Positions 13,898-27,908 of a stretch of 64,000 nucleotides of DNA are shown in pieces. The DNA lies in NCBI GenBank assembly GCA_965113315.1, contig OZ220373.1, one strand, 5' to 3'. How positions within the stretch are numbered: the first letter of the stretch is position 1; every line of letters starts with the position of its first letter. The notes beneath the pieces were generated by a model, which was given only the letters and a program-made list of their open reading frames with translations, made no database searches and was not told the DNA's origin. Position numbers and translations under genes: made by a program. Source of the DNA: Podarcis vaucheri (lineage: Eukaryota).

Positions 13898-16120
13898 ACC
13901 TCTGAATCTCATTTCAAATTCCAGGATGTTCATAATGCTCTAATGCAATATATTTTCTCAACCTTCTGCCTTAATATTAACAGGTTTGAAGTGGTAAAGT
14001 AAAATTTAAACATTACTGAACCCCAACTTATAATCATTAAGGAAAATCACCAACTTTCAAGAGGAAATAGAAAAGATTAAAAGTTTTCCTTATTTTTCTA
14101 TCTCTATTTTTTCTCTTTGCTTCTTTCCTTTTTCTTCATGTTTTTATCTTAGATTAATGTTGGAAGAAAAAAGATATTTGAGACTAAGTTTTGTGCTTCT
14201 CTTTATAAACTCTAATAAAAATTATTTTTAAAAAGGGGAAGTCAACAACTGACAAAAATGACGACAACAACGTTCGTAGGGAACAGTTTCCTAGGATGGA
14301 AACTTCTTCTGCGCAAGTCTCCTTGAACCGGAATGCAAGACACACAACCCCTCTCTTGATCTCAAGAGACTTAATGCAGGATACATATCTGGTGGGCTAT
14401 GCCCACAGACACACCAACATCCTGGGGCACTGGCAGGGATTGAGTTTAGTCATCCAGACATTCATCAAGAGCCTCTGTGGGGAGGAGGGAGTGAACGAGG
14501 GCACATCAAGTGATCTGAAAACATGCAAGCTGGCTCCCTGTTCCGTGAGAGCTCAGCAGTATACAATCTGACATAAGGCTACATCACTAGGCATCAGCAA
14601 TTTTACTTATCCTAGATATCCACACCTGTCAGCGACTCTGCACCTGTTGTCTATTCTGGCAAAGACCAAATGACAGCAGCCAATCGCCGTTGCTTCTGCT
14701 GCAACATGGCCATAGATGGCTTTTCTCAGTTGTGTCTCTGCAGACTGGGGCTGCTAATCTCTGTGGATTTCAGCAGTCTGCTTTTTGTACTTGTAACGTT
14801 GTCACAATTTTCAGCTCTTCACTGTGCTAAGTGTTTAAGAACATAATATTCATGATTTTTAACTTGTTTAAAAAAATACAGGATTACTTTCCACAATAGT
14901 TGTATGTATTGTCCATTCCCCAATGTTTCATTCTACACCTCACTCTGCAGTATATCATGGGGATACTGAAGCCATATCCAAATAGGGTTTCCTTCGTCTC
15001 AGTGGCAAATAGTGTGTGGGCCTTGCTATTGATGAGATCTACACTGTGGTGCAAAGAATTAAAAAACCCCACCCCACCCCTAGCCTTGTATGCCAGGGTC
15101 TAGAAACCAAATCAGGGAACCCATGCAGAATTTTTGAGAAAAGAAAAAACCCTTGGTGGGAGGGTAAAAACTACAATCCTTGTGACTGGCATATTGCATA
15201 GTTTTCACCCTCCCACCACTTTATCACATTAAAAGGAGAGAGGCACTGAATTCTTTCCCCGCTTCCTGCAGTTGGTGGTTCCAGACCCTTTATCCCTTTA
15301 CTTCTGGTGCCAGTCCCTGAATTGAGTTGGGAAAGGAGAAAGTGGGCAGTGGCAGCTGTGAATTCAGTGCTTCTCTGTCCTTACACAGATAAAGTAAGCT
15401 CCTCCATCCCCAGCGTCAGAAGCAGACGAGAAGGTGCATGGAAATAAATGCGTATGCACCACCTCTTACTGAGCCTGATGCTGAGCATCTACTTAATAGG
15501 AAGCCACGGCATATCCTGACTCCCAAATGCGTGCACCTGCACAACACACACACACATCTGCAAGCACAGGTCTGTCTCAGTTACACTTTCCATGTTTAAG
15601 TTTGCACTTGAGGAACAAAGTCTGGTGCACGTACATCTGGGGGAAAAAAGCATGTGCCACAAGTTTTACAGAAAAGAAGTTTTCCTTTATTATTTATATC
15701 CAGCTTTTCTGTTAAAATGAGAAGCAAAGCTGCTTATGATAAAAATTAAATGTATCATATTTTGTATGGACATATTTAAAATACCCCACCAGTTCTTTTC
15801 TTAAAAAAGAATTTTAAAAAGTGGTTTTTTTCACTCTCTCAAGCTGCGGCTACCTCTAGGGTGGAAACATCAGAATTATCCTTTGCCAGCAACTATTTTT
15901 AGAGCAGGAAATGATGTGTGATGCAGCCAGCAGAAACTGAACGGCAGAATATAATTACTAGAGCCTGACTCCCCCCCCACCCCACTTTAGACTTTGGAAG
16001 TAATACAGTCACTCTTGTATAACAGGCCGTGGAATTCTAAGTAACCAATATTTTGGTTTTGCATTTCATCTAGAGGGCTACACACTTCCAGAGATGGCAC
16101 TGAAGGCAGAGGCCAGGCAA

Positions 16121-16133
16121 TGCTGACTCAGCA
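16121..16133. promoter_or_regulatory. Perfect T-MARE (Maf/AP-1) element
   Basis: TGCTGACTCAGCA exact match. Confidence 0.55.
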
Positions 16134-17802
16134 GAAAGCCTGCCACCAACCGAGATACCAACCCCACTTTTGACAGCACCTGGCTGTTCCTTAGAAGTTT
16201 CTTTTTAAAAAATGGTTCTTAGAGGCAAGCTTTTCTTTGGGATAATTCTCTCCACCCCCCCTCCTGCCTGCTCTACATTATTTTTACAACATAAGAATAA
16301 TGAATTGCTAGATGGACATTAGGAAGTGCAACTATGGACTCCCTTGAAAAAAACACCCTTCTGCTTTCTCTGCTCTAAACACCACACACAAAAATGGCAC
16401 AAGGGTCCATTTTTGTGTTTGCCAGTCAACACGCATGTAGCTCCTCAGAAACAGTCAGTGCTCATCACAGCAGGCTGTCTGCTTACTTGTTCATAACGGT
16501 TGCAACATACCAGTGAATAAATCCACAGAATTGATTCTAGTAAATTACAAAATTCTTCTCCTGCAATGAATACACCTAATGGAATCTATGCACCTTCAAA
16601 AAAACAACAACCCCCCCCCAACCCCTGCGTGTAAGATCACAAGCCTGGTCTTTAAACAGCTATTAAGAGTTGTAGGCGTTTTATCTGCTCATTATAATGT
16701 CTTTAGTTTACAATGTGTCTGCTCACAGACATTCCCGGGAGAGAGCTGAACTAAAAAAATCCAAACGTTGCAAACAGAAACATTTATAATTCTCAGTTAA
16801 ATGTCTATTATGAAAATGATGAGAGGGAGAGAAGGAATTGTGCAGTGTAAAAGGTGTGACATGTAGCCCAACTGTCCACCTAGCTCACTAGGAGACGCTC
16901 TTCCCCATGTCCCTCCACCATGACAGATAAGTAATACACTAGATGGGACTCTTTGCAATAGTGCTCAAGTCATGGAACTCATTGACCAGAGGGCAAAATG
17001 GCTCTTGGTGATATTTAGTTAGTATATGGAAATGTCCTTTTTTCAATGGGCCTAACTCTGGTTGGTGTTGGATCTGCTAGCCTAATAACTTCCCTCTTCT
17101 TGCTGAAACTGTTTATCTTTACTATTACTTTATAATATGTAACACTTACACTGTATATTAGGTGTGCTTATAAGGTGCTTGGGGTATCTCAAGAATGAGA
17201 TGGGGAAATTTAAGTAACAATGACAATCCACATCAAGGGTAGGCAACTTGTGGCCCTCTATATGTTGCTGGACTCCAGCTCCCATCTGCCTTAGCCAGCA
17301 TGACCAACAGACATGGATGATGGGAGTTGTAGTCTAACAACATGTAGGAGAACCACAGGTTCCCCATCTTGATCTAGAGAGACACTGCCAACCAGAGTGG
17401 CAATTTAGTCCAGATAACTGGAATAAATATACAGTATTGTACAATTCGGCATAAGGCAGTTTGGTAAGTTAATATGACTGAGCCGATATTAACAGTGAGG
17501 GGCGAGAATTAGTCATCTACTACATTAATAAAGTGAGAGGGAGCAGTTCTTTGGTTAAAGCTACAAAACCACAACCTGGGTGTAGTTCGGGACATACTGT
17601 GCTTCTCAACAAAGCCCTACCGACATAGACCAGGGCTTTGGGCACACCACTATCACATTTATCACACTACACAGTCACAGAACTTTTCAGTGCCTTCTCC
17701 TTCCAATATTGTTCCTTCACATTTTATAAATAAGGAGGAATTCCTCACCAGAATGCCATACCCTTCAACATTTCTCTGATGAAAATATGGATGTCTTATC
17801 CT

Positions 17803-17975
17803 ATTATTGTTATAATTATTATACCCTGCCCATCTGACTGGGTTGCCCCAGCCACTCTGAACAGCTTCCAACATAATTGAAAACATAATCAAACACTAAA
17901 CATTTTAAAACTTCCCTATACAGGGCTACTACCTTCAGATATCTTCTAAAGCTTGTATAGTTATTTATCTCCTTG
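17803..17975 (-). mobile_element. 3' end of the same L2 family, flanked by a duplicated 40-bp block (17756-17795 and 17995-18034) of a MITE-like repeat
   Basis: tttataccctgcccatctgactgggttgccccagccactctg is the reverse complement of the tail at 31580-31630. Confidence 0.75.
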
Positions 17976-19047
17976 GCTCAGGAGTTGCATTGCTCCATAC
18001 CCTCCAACATTTCTCTGATGAAAATAGGGACATCCTAGGGACAAGTGGGACATTCCAGGATCAAATCAGAAACCGGGATGACTTCTGTAAATCCGGGACT
18101 GTCCCTGGAAAATAGGGACTCTGGAATGCTAATCATGACCATTATGGTCTTCTCTGCAAAATATAAATTTTGCAAGCATGTGCAAGAAGAGGGAAGATCT
18201 GTTTAGTTTTAGGAAGATATTGTTAGATATGTTGTTAGATGAAAACTGATTCAGTAAAATATAAACTTTCATTTAAACATATGAAGTTCTTCTACTCATT
18301 AAATCCTATGTGGAAAGATAACTGATTGGATCCCTCTGTTCACACAACAAAGGCATTTTCAGCAAACTCCTCCCTCCATATGCACCTCTCCCCTGCCAAT
18401 ATTGGGGAAACCCAGCCAGATGGGCGGGGTATAAATATAACAACAATAATGCACATCATTCCCAACTCCAGGATAGGTTTTTGGATGTAGTGAGATGGCA
18501 GAAAGCAACAGGGAAGTAGGAAAGCATTGTTAGAATCATGTAATAAAAGCTAAAAGCACGGCTGGTTTACTAAGTTGAAAAGAAATACAGGGTCAACACC
18601 CCTGCTGTTTCTCATAGCTTCGTAAAGCAACAGGCAAGTGAAATTAACAAGATTTTGGCCAATTATACTGCTGGTATTCAGAACTCCAGGAGCAGCTGTG
18701 AAATAGTCAAGGGGCCAATTTTCATGTTTTTGTAGCTATCTGAGAAGATACGAAGAGCAGCAAGAGAAAAAGAAAGCGGATCTACTCGGTGAGAAGAACA
18801 CAAATGTAATGATTCTATGCTGTTTATTTGGAAATACAGCGTAATGATAATTATAATGCATGGCTGTGTCCACACTGGGCAATTATAGTGGAATAGCCAC
18901 ACTTTTCCCCCATTCAGTCCACACAACACTGTTGTACACTGCTCCAGCATCTGCCCCCCACCTCCCCCCAACCCCCTTGCTTTAAAAAACTCAGTGGAAC
19001 AACTTTTGCCTATCACAATACTATTCTATTTGGTTATGGTCTGTATA

Positions 19048-19416
19048 GGCTTTACACACACTATACCCTTAAAGCACATTTGAAGATCATTCTTTGCCTC
19101 AAAGAATTCTGGGCATTGCAACTTGTTAACAATTGCTGGGATTTGTAACTCTGAAAGGTGGTGGTTCCCAATTGGTGGTCCGTGGTCCCATTCACATAAT
19201 AAAAGCTACAACAGAGATATAAAAATTTCCAAAAGAAGGCTTTGGCTTGGCTTTGGAAAACTGGGGGCTCTAAAGCACTTAGCTAATTGGGAACCACCGC
19301 TGTAAGGTATAAGAGTTACAAATTCCAGCAACCATTAACAAGCTACAAATCCCAGAATTCTTTGAAGGAAAGAACGTGTTGTAAATGTGTTTCAAACGTA
19401 TAGTGTCTACACAGTC
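19048..19416. mobile_element. Long-TIR palindromic MITE with a nested hAT MITE at 19159-19299
   Basis: Outer arms aagaattctggg..ttgttaa..gctgggatttgtaactct / agagttacaaattccagc..ttaacaa..cccagaattctt. Inner TIR ggtggttcccaatt / aattgggaaccacc with TSD ctg(a/t)aagg. Confidence 0.75.
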
Positions 19417-21539
19417 ATAGATTGCTCTAGAAATTTCTTTCACTATGGCCTTTCTTTCTTCTCTCTAGAAACCAAATCTGTGACTTTAATCATTTCTTTT
19501 CCAGGTAACATGGTTGTTGTTTCCCCTGTCCTAAAAAATGCAGGGGCCAATCAAGATCAGGAATGGGGGGGGGGAGATAATATCTAACATTTTCTCCCCA
19601 TACAATAGTCCAAAATGAAAGGCATCTTCCCGCCAACAAATGAAGCTGGAGAAAGGGGGACTGCCCTCTTAGCTACAAAGTGTTAGAAGTCTGGAAGTGA
19701 TCTGCTATACCACTTCCAGTTTAACGCAGAATGCAGTGCAGTAATAATTAAAAAGCAAAAAGCAACATATTTACTCTGCCATTTAAAACTGTATAAGATT
19801 GTACTATTTTTGTTCAGCTTCTCAAACACATTTATTTGCAAGAATAAGCTAGTTCAAGAGGTTCAGATCCAGCGCTACAAGTCACTGAACTTCTATTCTT
19901 TGTGGTCATATTGGCTGAAATATTTGAATTCCTGGATAAACCTGGTTCACCTAAATTTCAGGAAGATTCTCCACCTAACCACTAACCTCACAGCTTTGGT
20001 GGTGGTTATTTCAGAGAAGAAATCAATCAGTCAGAGAAACAGTTCTGGCTTTAAAGATTTCCTACCAAGTGGAAGGAACATTTGGTAGTTTCCGTGTGAG
20101 GGGCTATAACATCTGAATCATCGTTTCAATCAGCCCAATTCATTTCAGTGGAACTTCCTTTCAAATGGATATATGCAGGGTCATAGCTCTAAACACACCC
20201 TGCTCCTTAAGTTACATGTTGTTGCTTCAAATCTTCATCCTGGCCATAGCAGGGTATGACTAATATAGCCAGCTGTAACCTTCGTATGAATTTAACTGTG
20301 AGCAAGTGAGATAAATAAACTGCACAGAGAAAATACATGGTTCTCCTGACTTAGCTGTTCGTCCAAAACATCTGAACAATATGGTTCTCCTACATCGCTC
20401 TGAACAGACAGAAATGCCACTCCATCAGTTTTGGAGTTTATCGAACAGGATCCTGTCTTTCATAAATCCAATAACGGCAAATATTATGGTTCAGAAATGG
20501 TTGTTAATTGTTGTCCCATCAGGGAAGAAGAAATGGCTCAGCATAAAATTGTTGTCAAAGCGGTTTCAAGACTTATTTAAGGCTGCATTGAGATGGCAGC
20601 TGCTCACATTGCTGGCTGTGCAATATTGTGATCAAGTAGAAGTGAACGAAAAGGGACAGTGGGCAGGGGAGACACAGCAAGGCACTATTTGTGCGCGTGC
20701 GCACAATACATTATGAATTGTGCCCAATTCATCATTTCAGTAGTACCATGTCCATCGCCCACATTAGGTACCTGTTATACTGCCTGGACAGTTGTGGATA
20801 ACAAAGTGCTCAACAAAGGCTTGGTTCACACATCACATTAAACTATACTTCTACTAAAGCACTGGTGGGAAACTGGATCTGGCCAGTGGGTCAGATCCCC
20901 AATACCTCCACCTTAGTTGGCCAACTTTGACAGGTGGGTCAATCACTTGATAAAGGAGCTACCACTAACCGCTTATCAGCTGCTTGGCAGTTACAGGGAA
21001 GCCCTTCAAAGTTTGCTTGGAGGACACTATTTAGATTCAAGCTGCTGCTTCGATACAAAGCATATTTCCTTCTGCAGATTATCTGGGGGAAGGAGGGGAT
21101 GCTACGTTTGAAGTCCAAACAGAGTATTTCCCCCTCAGCAGAGGAAGCAGCTGCAATGTTTGCAGAGATAAAAATATTCCATTTGGAAGAAGCAGCTTGA
21201 ATCCAAACCACTTGCTCCAAACATAGAAAGTGAGATTCCACATCCCCCCCGCCAACCGCAATGGGGAGTTTCTGACACGGAGCTCCCTACTGCAGCCAAT
21301 CCCAGGAGAGGTCCCATTCTTTTCCAATCAGCTGACCAGCACCGAAAGGAAGCCCCACTTGCAAAGTAGCTAACCAGACAAGGAGTTGTCGCGGGAGCAC
21401 AGTTTTCTGTGGACTGAATTCCAAGCTCCAAAATTGTCCAGGGAATTCCTATTTCATCCAAAAAAATCAGCTAAATATGCTGCAGTATTTAAAAAGAAAA
21501 ACAAAGCATAAGGGAAGGCATGAAAATAATAATGCCTTT

Positions 21540-21830
21540 CAGTGGTGCACCCACATTCGAAATACCTGTTGCCCCATGTGAAAAGTGTTATCCCAGCATT
21601 GGAAAAGAACAACCAAAATGATGAAGGGGTTGAATCACCTTCCTACGAAAGAAGAGTGAAGCCTCTGAGGTTTTTTCGCTTAGAAGAAAGAAGACTATGG
21701 GGAGTCATGACAGAACTTTATAAAATTAGGAATGGTATATATATTTTGGATGGGGACAGATCTTTCTCCTCTCTCAAAAACTAAAGCTCAGGACACACCA
21801 TGAAATTGTGCAGGTTCAGAAAATACATTA
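21540..21830 (+). mobile_element. Old CR1 ORF2 fragment
   Basis: Degenerate SYERRVKPLRFFRLEERRLWGVMTELYKI, a CR1 C-terminal motif. Confidence 0.75.
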
Positions 21831-22990
21831 TATGCAATGCAAAATAAAATGGGATCCTTTGTCATGTAGTGTAGTGTGTTGTTAAGGGGTGAGGGGATCG
21901 CACAGCCCTGCTAGTAAGACTTCTCAGCTACTTGTACTTTGTACTATTGGTTCAGGAAGTGCAGCTCTAGTCAGAACTGTCAAATCTTGTTATCTGCAGG
22001 GGGGCTGACAGTTCAAGGCCTCTGCTAATGAAGACAATTAGGTGAAACCATTTATACCTGACAACATTTAGAAGCTATAAATGGAGACATCTGGAGAGAA
22101 GGAAATAGAGAAACACCTTTTAAATCCCTAGACAAAGCTTCAGAAAAAATAATTTTTCTTGAACTGAGGAAGAGTACTGTGTATCTTGCAAGCCAACATA
22201 CAACAAACATAGTGAGTACTGGATGCTCCTTATGGAAGCTGTTATTTTAGCGATACATCAACAGCAAGAAGGCTGGTGTTTTGACGCAAATATGGGGTTG
22301 TTTTTCCCGAGACTAACAATGTCACTGTCTGCTGAAGGGACTGACCACAGTTAAGCATCTGCAGATATACTTTTGTTTCACAAAACGGAAACTGGGGCTG
22401 CGAGAGAGTTAATGAATGGCTAAAGTCACGCAAGGAGCCCATAGCTGAGTAAAAAATTGAATCTCTCTGTTTTTAAGATCCATGTCTAAAGTCTGCCTTA
22501 ACTCTATACAAACCTACAAAGGCTGCCATTACACACCTCATTTTCATTCACATTAATTGTAGCTGTCTCTGCTTTCTCCTTACCTTCTCTTGACAGCCAC
22601 TTTACTCCTCTGCCATTAATATCTAACAGTCTGTTGCAACTTAAATATCCTCTGATCTTCTCTCTCTCTGCCCCCACTTCATGCTGGGGAAAAACAGTTG
22701 AAAATCCTGTCTGCTTGTGAGGGACAGAGATAGGCAATGCTCCCTGCAATGTTGCTCTTGCTTCTACAAAACCCCTTTCCCTGTCTTTTTTCACCTATAG
22801 CTTTGTTCACACATTACAATGAATAAAGGTACAAGCTATCTCTACACGCATGTGCTTGTGCGAAAGAGTGCACACTTGTTGATTTGTATGGCTCAATGTT
22901 TTGTGTACACTTGTAGAATGTAACATGCAGACACCTACTGTATGAGTACATAGCATGCCCTGCCTTCATACTGTATTTATGCCTTGTCTA

Positions 22991-23353
22991 AAAGGTAAAG
23001 GTACGCCTGCCCGTACGGGCCAGTCGTGTCCAACTCTAGAGTTGTGCGCCCATCTCACTTAAGAGGCCGGGGGCCAGCGCTGTCCAGAGACACTTCTGGG
23101 TCATGTGGCCAGCGTGACGAAGCTGCTCTGGCGAGCCAGCACCAGCGCAGCACATGGAAACGCCGTTTACCTTCCCGCTATAAAGCGGTACCTATTTATC
23201 TACTTGCACTTAGGGGTACTTTCGAACTGCTAGGTGGGCAGGAGCTGGGACTGAAAGACGGGAGCTCACCCCGCCGCGGGGATTCGAACCGCCGACCATG
23301 CGATCGGCAAACCCTAGGTGCTGAGGTTTTACCCACAGTGCCACCCGCGTCCC
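22991..23353 (-). mobile_element. Full-length Sauria SINE (Squam1)
   Basis: 5' GGGACGCGGGTGGCACTGTGG, B box GGTTCGAATCC (23280-23290), ACCTTT-repeat tail, and 12-bp TSD atgccttgtcta at 22979-22990 and 23356-23367. Confidence 0.93.
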
Positions 23354-26100
23354 ACATGCCTTGTCTACCTAATTCCATATCTCTCGTCTACATAATTCCA
23401 TAGCTCTCTTTTGTTGCATACTAGGCTAACTGTGGATCCAGATAGTATTAATGCACATCCAAACAACCTGAGTGGATTGACACTGCGCTGCAAGCTAGCT
23501 GCACATCATATGCACATATACACACAGATGCAGAAATGACCCACAGAATCCAAAACGCAACCAGAGAGATAAAAGACATGATTAGTCTTACTGAGTCTGC
23601 ATGGTTTTTACAGCACTGGATTGGGACATCCCATGACATGATTTTTCCTGTCTTATGGAATCAAAGAACCATGTAATATAACCACCACCACCACCCCCAA
23701 CAGCATCCTGCTGCTTTGGAGCAGAAGAGAAGGAACCAAAGCTGCCACATGAAAGGAAGCCACAATGGCAATAAAAAGCCTTGCAGGGTGGGATGGAAGT
23801 TGTTCAGTAGGTGTGTTCCAGGAAATATACATTTTAGGAATCAATGTCATGTTCATATAGCATTAAAATAAAAATAAAAAATGTGACTGCTAACCTACAC
23901 ATTTTATAACTGGTGGGGATTGGGGAGGGGGCAAGAGCTGCGAATTTGCTGGTACAAGTTTGAACACACTAAAACCATGTAATAACCAATATCAAGTCCC
24001 TCAATTACAGGCATTGGAAGCATACATTATGTGCTTTTTACGTTCGGTCATATTCTACATATGGTCCTATTGTGGCAGTGAAATTTCTCTCTCTCTCTCC
24101 ACACACAGCACACAATCCATTAGGAATTGCTTCTCCGTCAAGATTTTGATCTCCTTTGAGTCAATCTATAGCAGCTGCATGTTGTTTAAAATACTCTTAT
24201 CGACTATTCTATAATTTACTTCCTTTGAACAGCCTCTGTGGTGTAATGCTTGATCAAAGAAATAAACTCATGCTTTAACAACCCTAACGTAAAGTGCATG
24301 CACTTTTTTATATATAATAGAGCTCTATAAAATGTAATTATAGTTGTCTATAGGTTGCACAGGATGATGTAAATAAGTAGGTTTGAGACTTTTATAATGC
24401 ATGCATATCCAATACATCAAAGATTTTCACCCTTAATGCCAGCTTCTATTGCAAAGACATTAAATTATTCAAAATAAAGTTGGGCAGACTTCTTTTACTG
24501 GTACATTTACTTGGTCATTAATTTCTAAGCATAAAAGAAGATCTAGGCTGATCTGCTGAAATGATAAAGCATCTGGATACAAATCATTATTGTATATTTA
24601 AACAGCATTGAACAATTAATACTTAAGCATTAATAATAATTTAGAATTGTTTATTCTGAATATAGTTCACTGTGAATCATTGACCCTACGATTATTAAGT
24701 ATTCGGGTTAATCAAGCAAATGTAACTGAAACTTTTACATAACTATGATTTTTATAATTTGTGTTAATTTCATCTTGAGCTTTAGGTAAACCCATTTAGA
24801 GACCTCTCAGAAGGCAAATGGAGTCCAATCAATAACATCTACTTAATTCATAAAGTATGGATGCAAATTATGCAGAACACAGATAAATAATTAACATTTG
24901 TTTACTGTAACAAAGGGGGAAGTCAGCATATTTTGAAGTTTAACCAAGTTTTTTGCCAAAAGTATAAAAAATGAAGGAAAGGATCCTAAGTCAAGAGCAA
25001 GTTATTCACCCTGAATTTAGGAAAACTATGAAGGTGGTTACATTTGAAGAAAAACAGTGAATCATTCTGCCACTTCTTGTGGATATAGTTGTACAATGGC
25101 CAGGACTCTGTTTTAACAGCTGCCCCCTTCCCCTTTTTAAAAATGTTAAGACACTGGCCCTCATGGTCGGAGAGAAAAACCTGGAAACATGTCAACTCTA
25201 TCTGCTGAAGTCTTCAAAATTAAGCCCTGAGCCAAGTTCTTAACTGACATGGCTCCCACCAACCTGCCCCTTCCCACCTGCACTACTCCCAACAACTGCA
25301 GTCTGATAAGTTCTCTCTGCCCTCCTAATATCTGCTGGTTGCTGTAGAGAATTACCTGTTAGCCCATCTGTTTAGCCACATTGCTGATGCTTTTCGTTAC
25401 ATTTTATAGATATTTATGGGCTAATTTTATTGCATTTTATACTTGTAAGCTTCCCTATTGCATTTTATGAAAGAGAAGATTAGGATTTTTCCAATAAACA
25501 AATAAATCAAAGACAGCCACTCTTCAATTCCCTGGGCTTTTGATCCAACCCAAATGGCACGTTATACATCTTAATGAGCCGAAACCAGGCTTATTACAAC
25601 CAAGGTATCTTAGTGTTGAAAAATAAATTATAAACATCCAGAAAAATTTACTTTAAAAGTTTAGAAGTTTTGCTGAGAATGCTTAAGCTTTCATACAAAC
25701 TCCTCTATGGTTTGTATTACATCTGCAGCAATGTTTTGGCTAATAAGAGTTAGTGTCATAACATTAAACCACAGATACCCATCTGAGAGTGGAGGAGAGG
25801 AGCAAATAACCCAGCAATGTTGTGAGCACTTCACCTGCATCAGGGCCACTGTGGGGTTTGGCTACCAGACTATATACCAGAAACAAACAAACAAAAATCT
25901 TCAGAGATTACGTTAACACTCAGTGGCCTAGTTTTCATAGCTGTCTCATTCCTCCCTGGCTGCTGTTGCTGTTGCACAGCACCGAGCTAAGCCACGGGTT
26001 AGCTTAGCATGGTGTGCAAACTTGGACTCATCGTTTAGCTTGCCTGTTCAAACCACAAGCCATAAACCAAGAACAAACCTTGGTTACAGTACGTGGTTAA

Positions 26101-26108
<8 letters not shown>

Positions 26109-26148
<40 letters not shown>
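26109..26148. repeat. (CA)n microsatellite
   Basis: Perfect dinucleotide run. Confidence 0.95.
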
Positions 26149-26150
<2 letters not shown>

Positions 26151-27876
26151 TGATGTGGCACTTCTAAGCATCTGTTGAATAGTACCTATAAACAAATTCC
26201 ACATAAACAAGATTTGCATCTATCATGCATAACAGGAATGTCTTAATGATAAAACATAGAAAAATGAATTTGCTGCTAAAAAAAAGTTGTCTCTGCAACA
26301 CAGCACTAAGGAGATCACTATCTAGGTTGGAAATAGTTGCACAAGGTTGTGTGTCCTATTTTTCCATGCAAGCAGTTAAGATTCAATATGGGAATTCAGC
26401 CTTGGTAATTACTAATACACCACACAGACACAATCACACCCTGTTTACTGCATAAAGAGGTCACTTGTGGTCTGCCTTGCCTCCATCACAAAAAGCAGTA
26501 GCTGGGGGTGGGGGATGAGGGAGGGTTGCAACATGCAATGACAAAATTCCTCATAAGCAGGAAAGAGACTAAAAGAGTTAATGTGCATAGATACAAGGGC
26601 TCTGATTCTTCTGGGGTGATTTAAGTCCCCTCTCATCAATTATTGTCCTTTGTCTTCAGAGTCTTATCATCAGCCGCATTTACAGGAACTGCGCATAATA
26701 ATACACAGTCCCATGTAACCTCCTGAACTCTGCTGACATTTCTACACACCCAGCTGGTATATTTGTCAAGATTACTTTTAATTAAAAGTACTCCAAAAAC
26801 AAAAGCTCAAGGAAAGCCGTTTGAAAGCACGCTGAAGCTTTAAGATTTCTGCTAGTGCTCTGTGTAAGTAAAAAAGGAAAGGAAATGAAAGGAGAGGAAA
26901 ATCAAGGTCCACTCAGAACATAAAATGCCTCCTTCTCAATCCACCCTCCAAACCTTGACTTATTTATTAATGTCTCTCCCACACTGTATGTGAATCAATA
27001 TGGCATTGATTTTGTGTTATCAGAACCAAGTGTTTTGTGTTATCGGAACTAACATGTTTCCAAACCAAGAGCTTTTTACATACATACACCTCAAAGTTCT
27101 GGTTCTCTGTGGAAGAACCCAAAACAAATGCAAGCAGGAGGAGGAATCTGCCTAAATATGGTATAGAGGTGCCTAATGGTCCCTCAAATTAAAAGAATAC
27201 TTTTTATTCCAGTTCCTTCATTTAATGCTACTTCATAAACAGATCCCTTAGCTCCTGGGTTTTGAACATGGAATGCGAAAAAACGAAAAACCACTCTGAG
27301 GCGATGCAAGAGTTAATTAGGAAATTATAGCAACCCACCAATTTAAAACTCAAAAAAAGAAATGCCATTTCTCTCACTTGGGCAAGTGTTGAAAGCAAGG
27401 CCCGCACGTATCCCAGCGTCAACGAGTTATTAAATTTATAAAATGTTAGGTTGTATCTCAGTTGCACACACTTGCAGTATGTATCTGAGAAACCCTTTTT
27501 TTAAAAAAAAAAATATCATTTTTTAACTCTGAGGAAAGCAGGACCAGGGCTGAAGGAGAGACGGAGGAAGGCTTTAGGAAAAGCCAGCTATTTTTGACAG
27601 CAAGTTAGCTTCTGTGAAACAAAGCCTTGTCTTTCATAAAATGTTTACGACTCTGAGAAAAAAAATATATCCTTGGGCTAAAATGTTTATTGGCACCTAG
27701 CAGTCTGAAGAGAGCAAGTGAGGCCTGTGGCTCCCCCCTCCCCCTTTTTTTTGGAGGGCACTTTATCATCGGCCTGCATTCTCAAAGGGATCTCTGAATG
27801 AATAGAGCTGGATTACTCAGCCTCCGAGTCCACGCCCCATTCCTCTCCATTTTCCTTGGCAAGACTGAGAGCAAAC

Positions 27877-27908
27877 CTATTTTTAGCTAGGTGGTTTTCT
27901 ATTTTTAG
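27877..27908. promoter_or_regulatory. Tandem perfect MEF2 sites
   Basis: CTATTTTTAG at 27877-27886 and 27899-27908. Confidence 0.6.
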
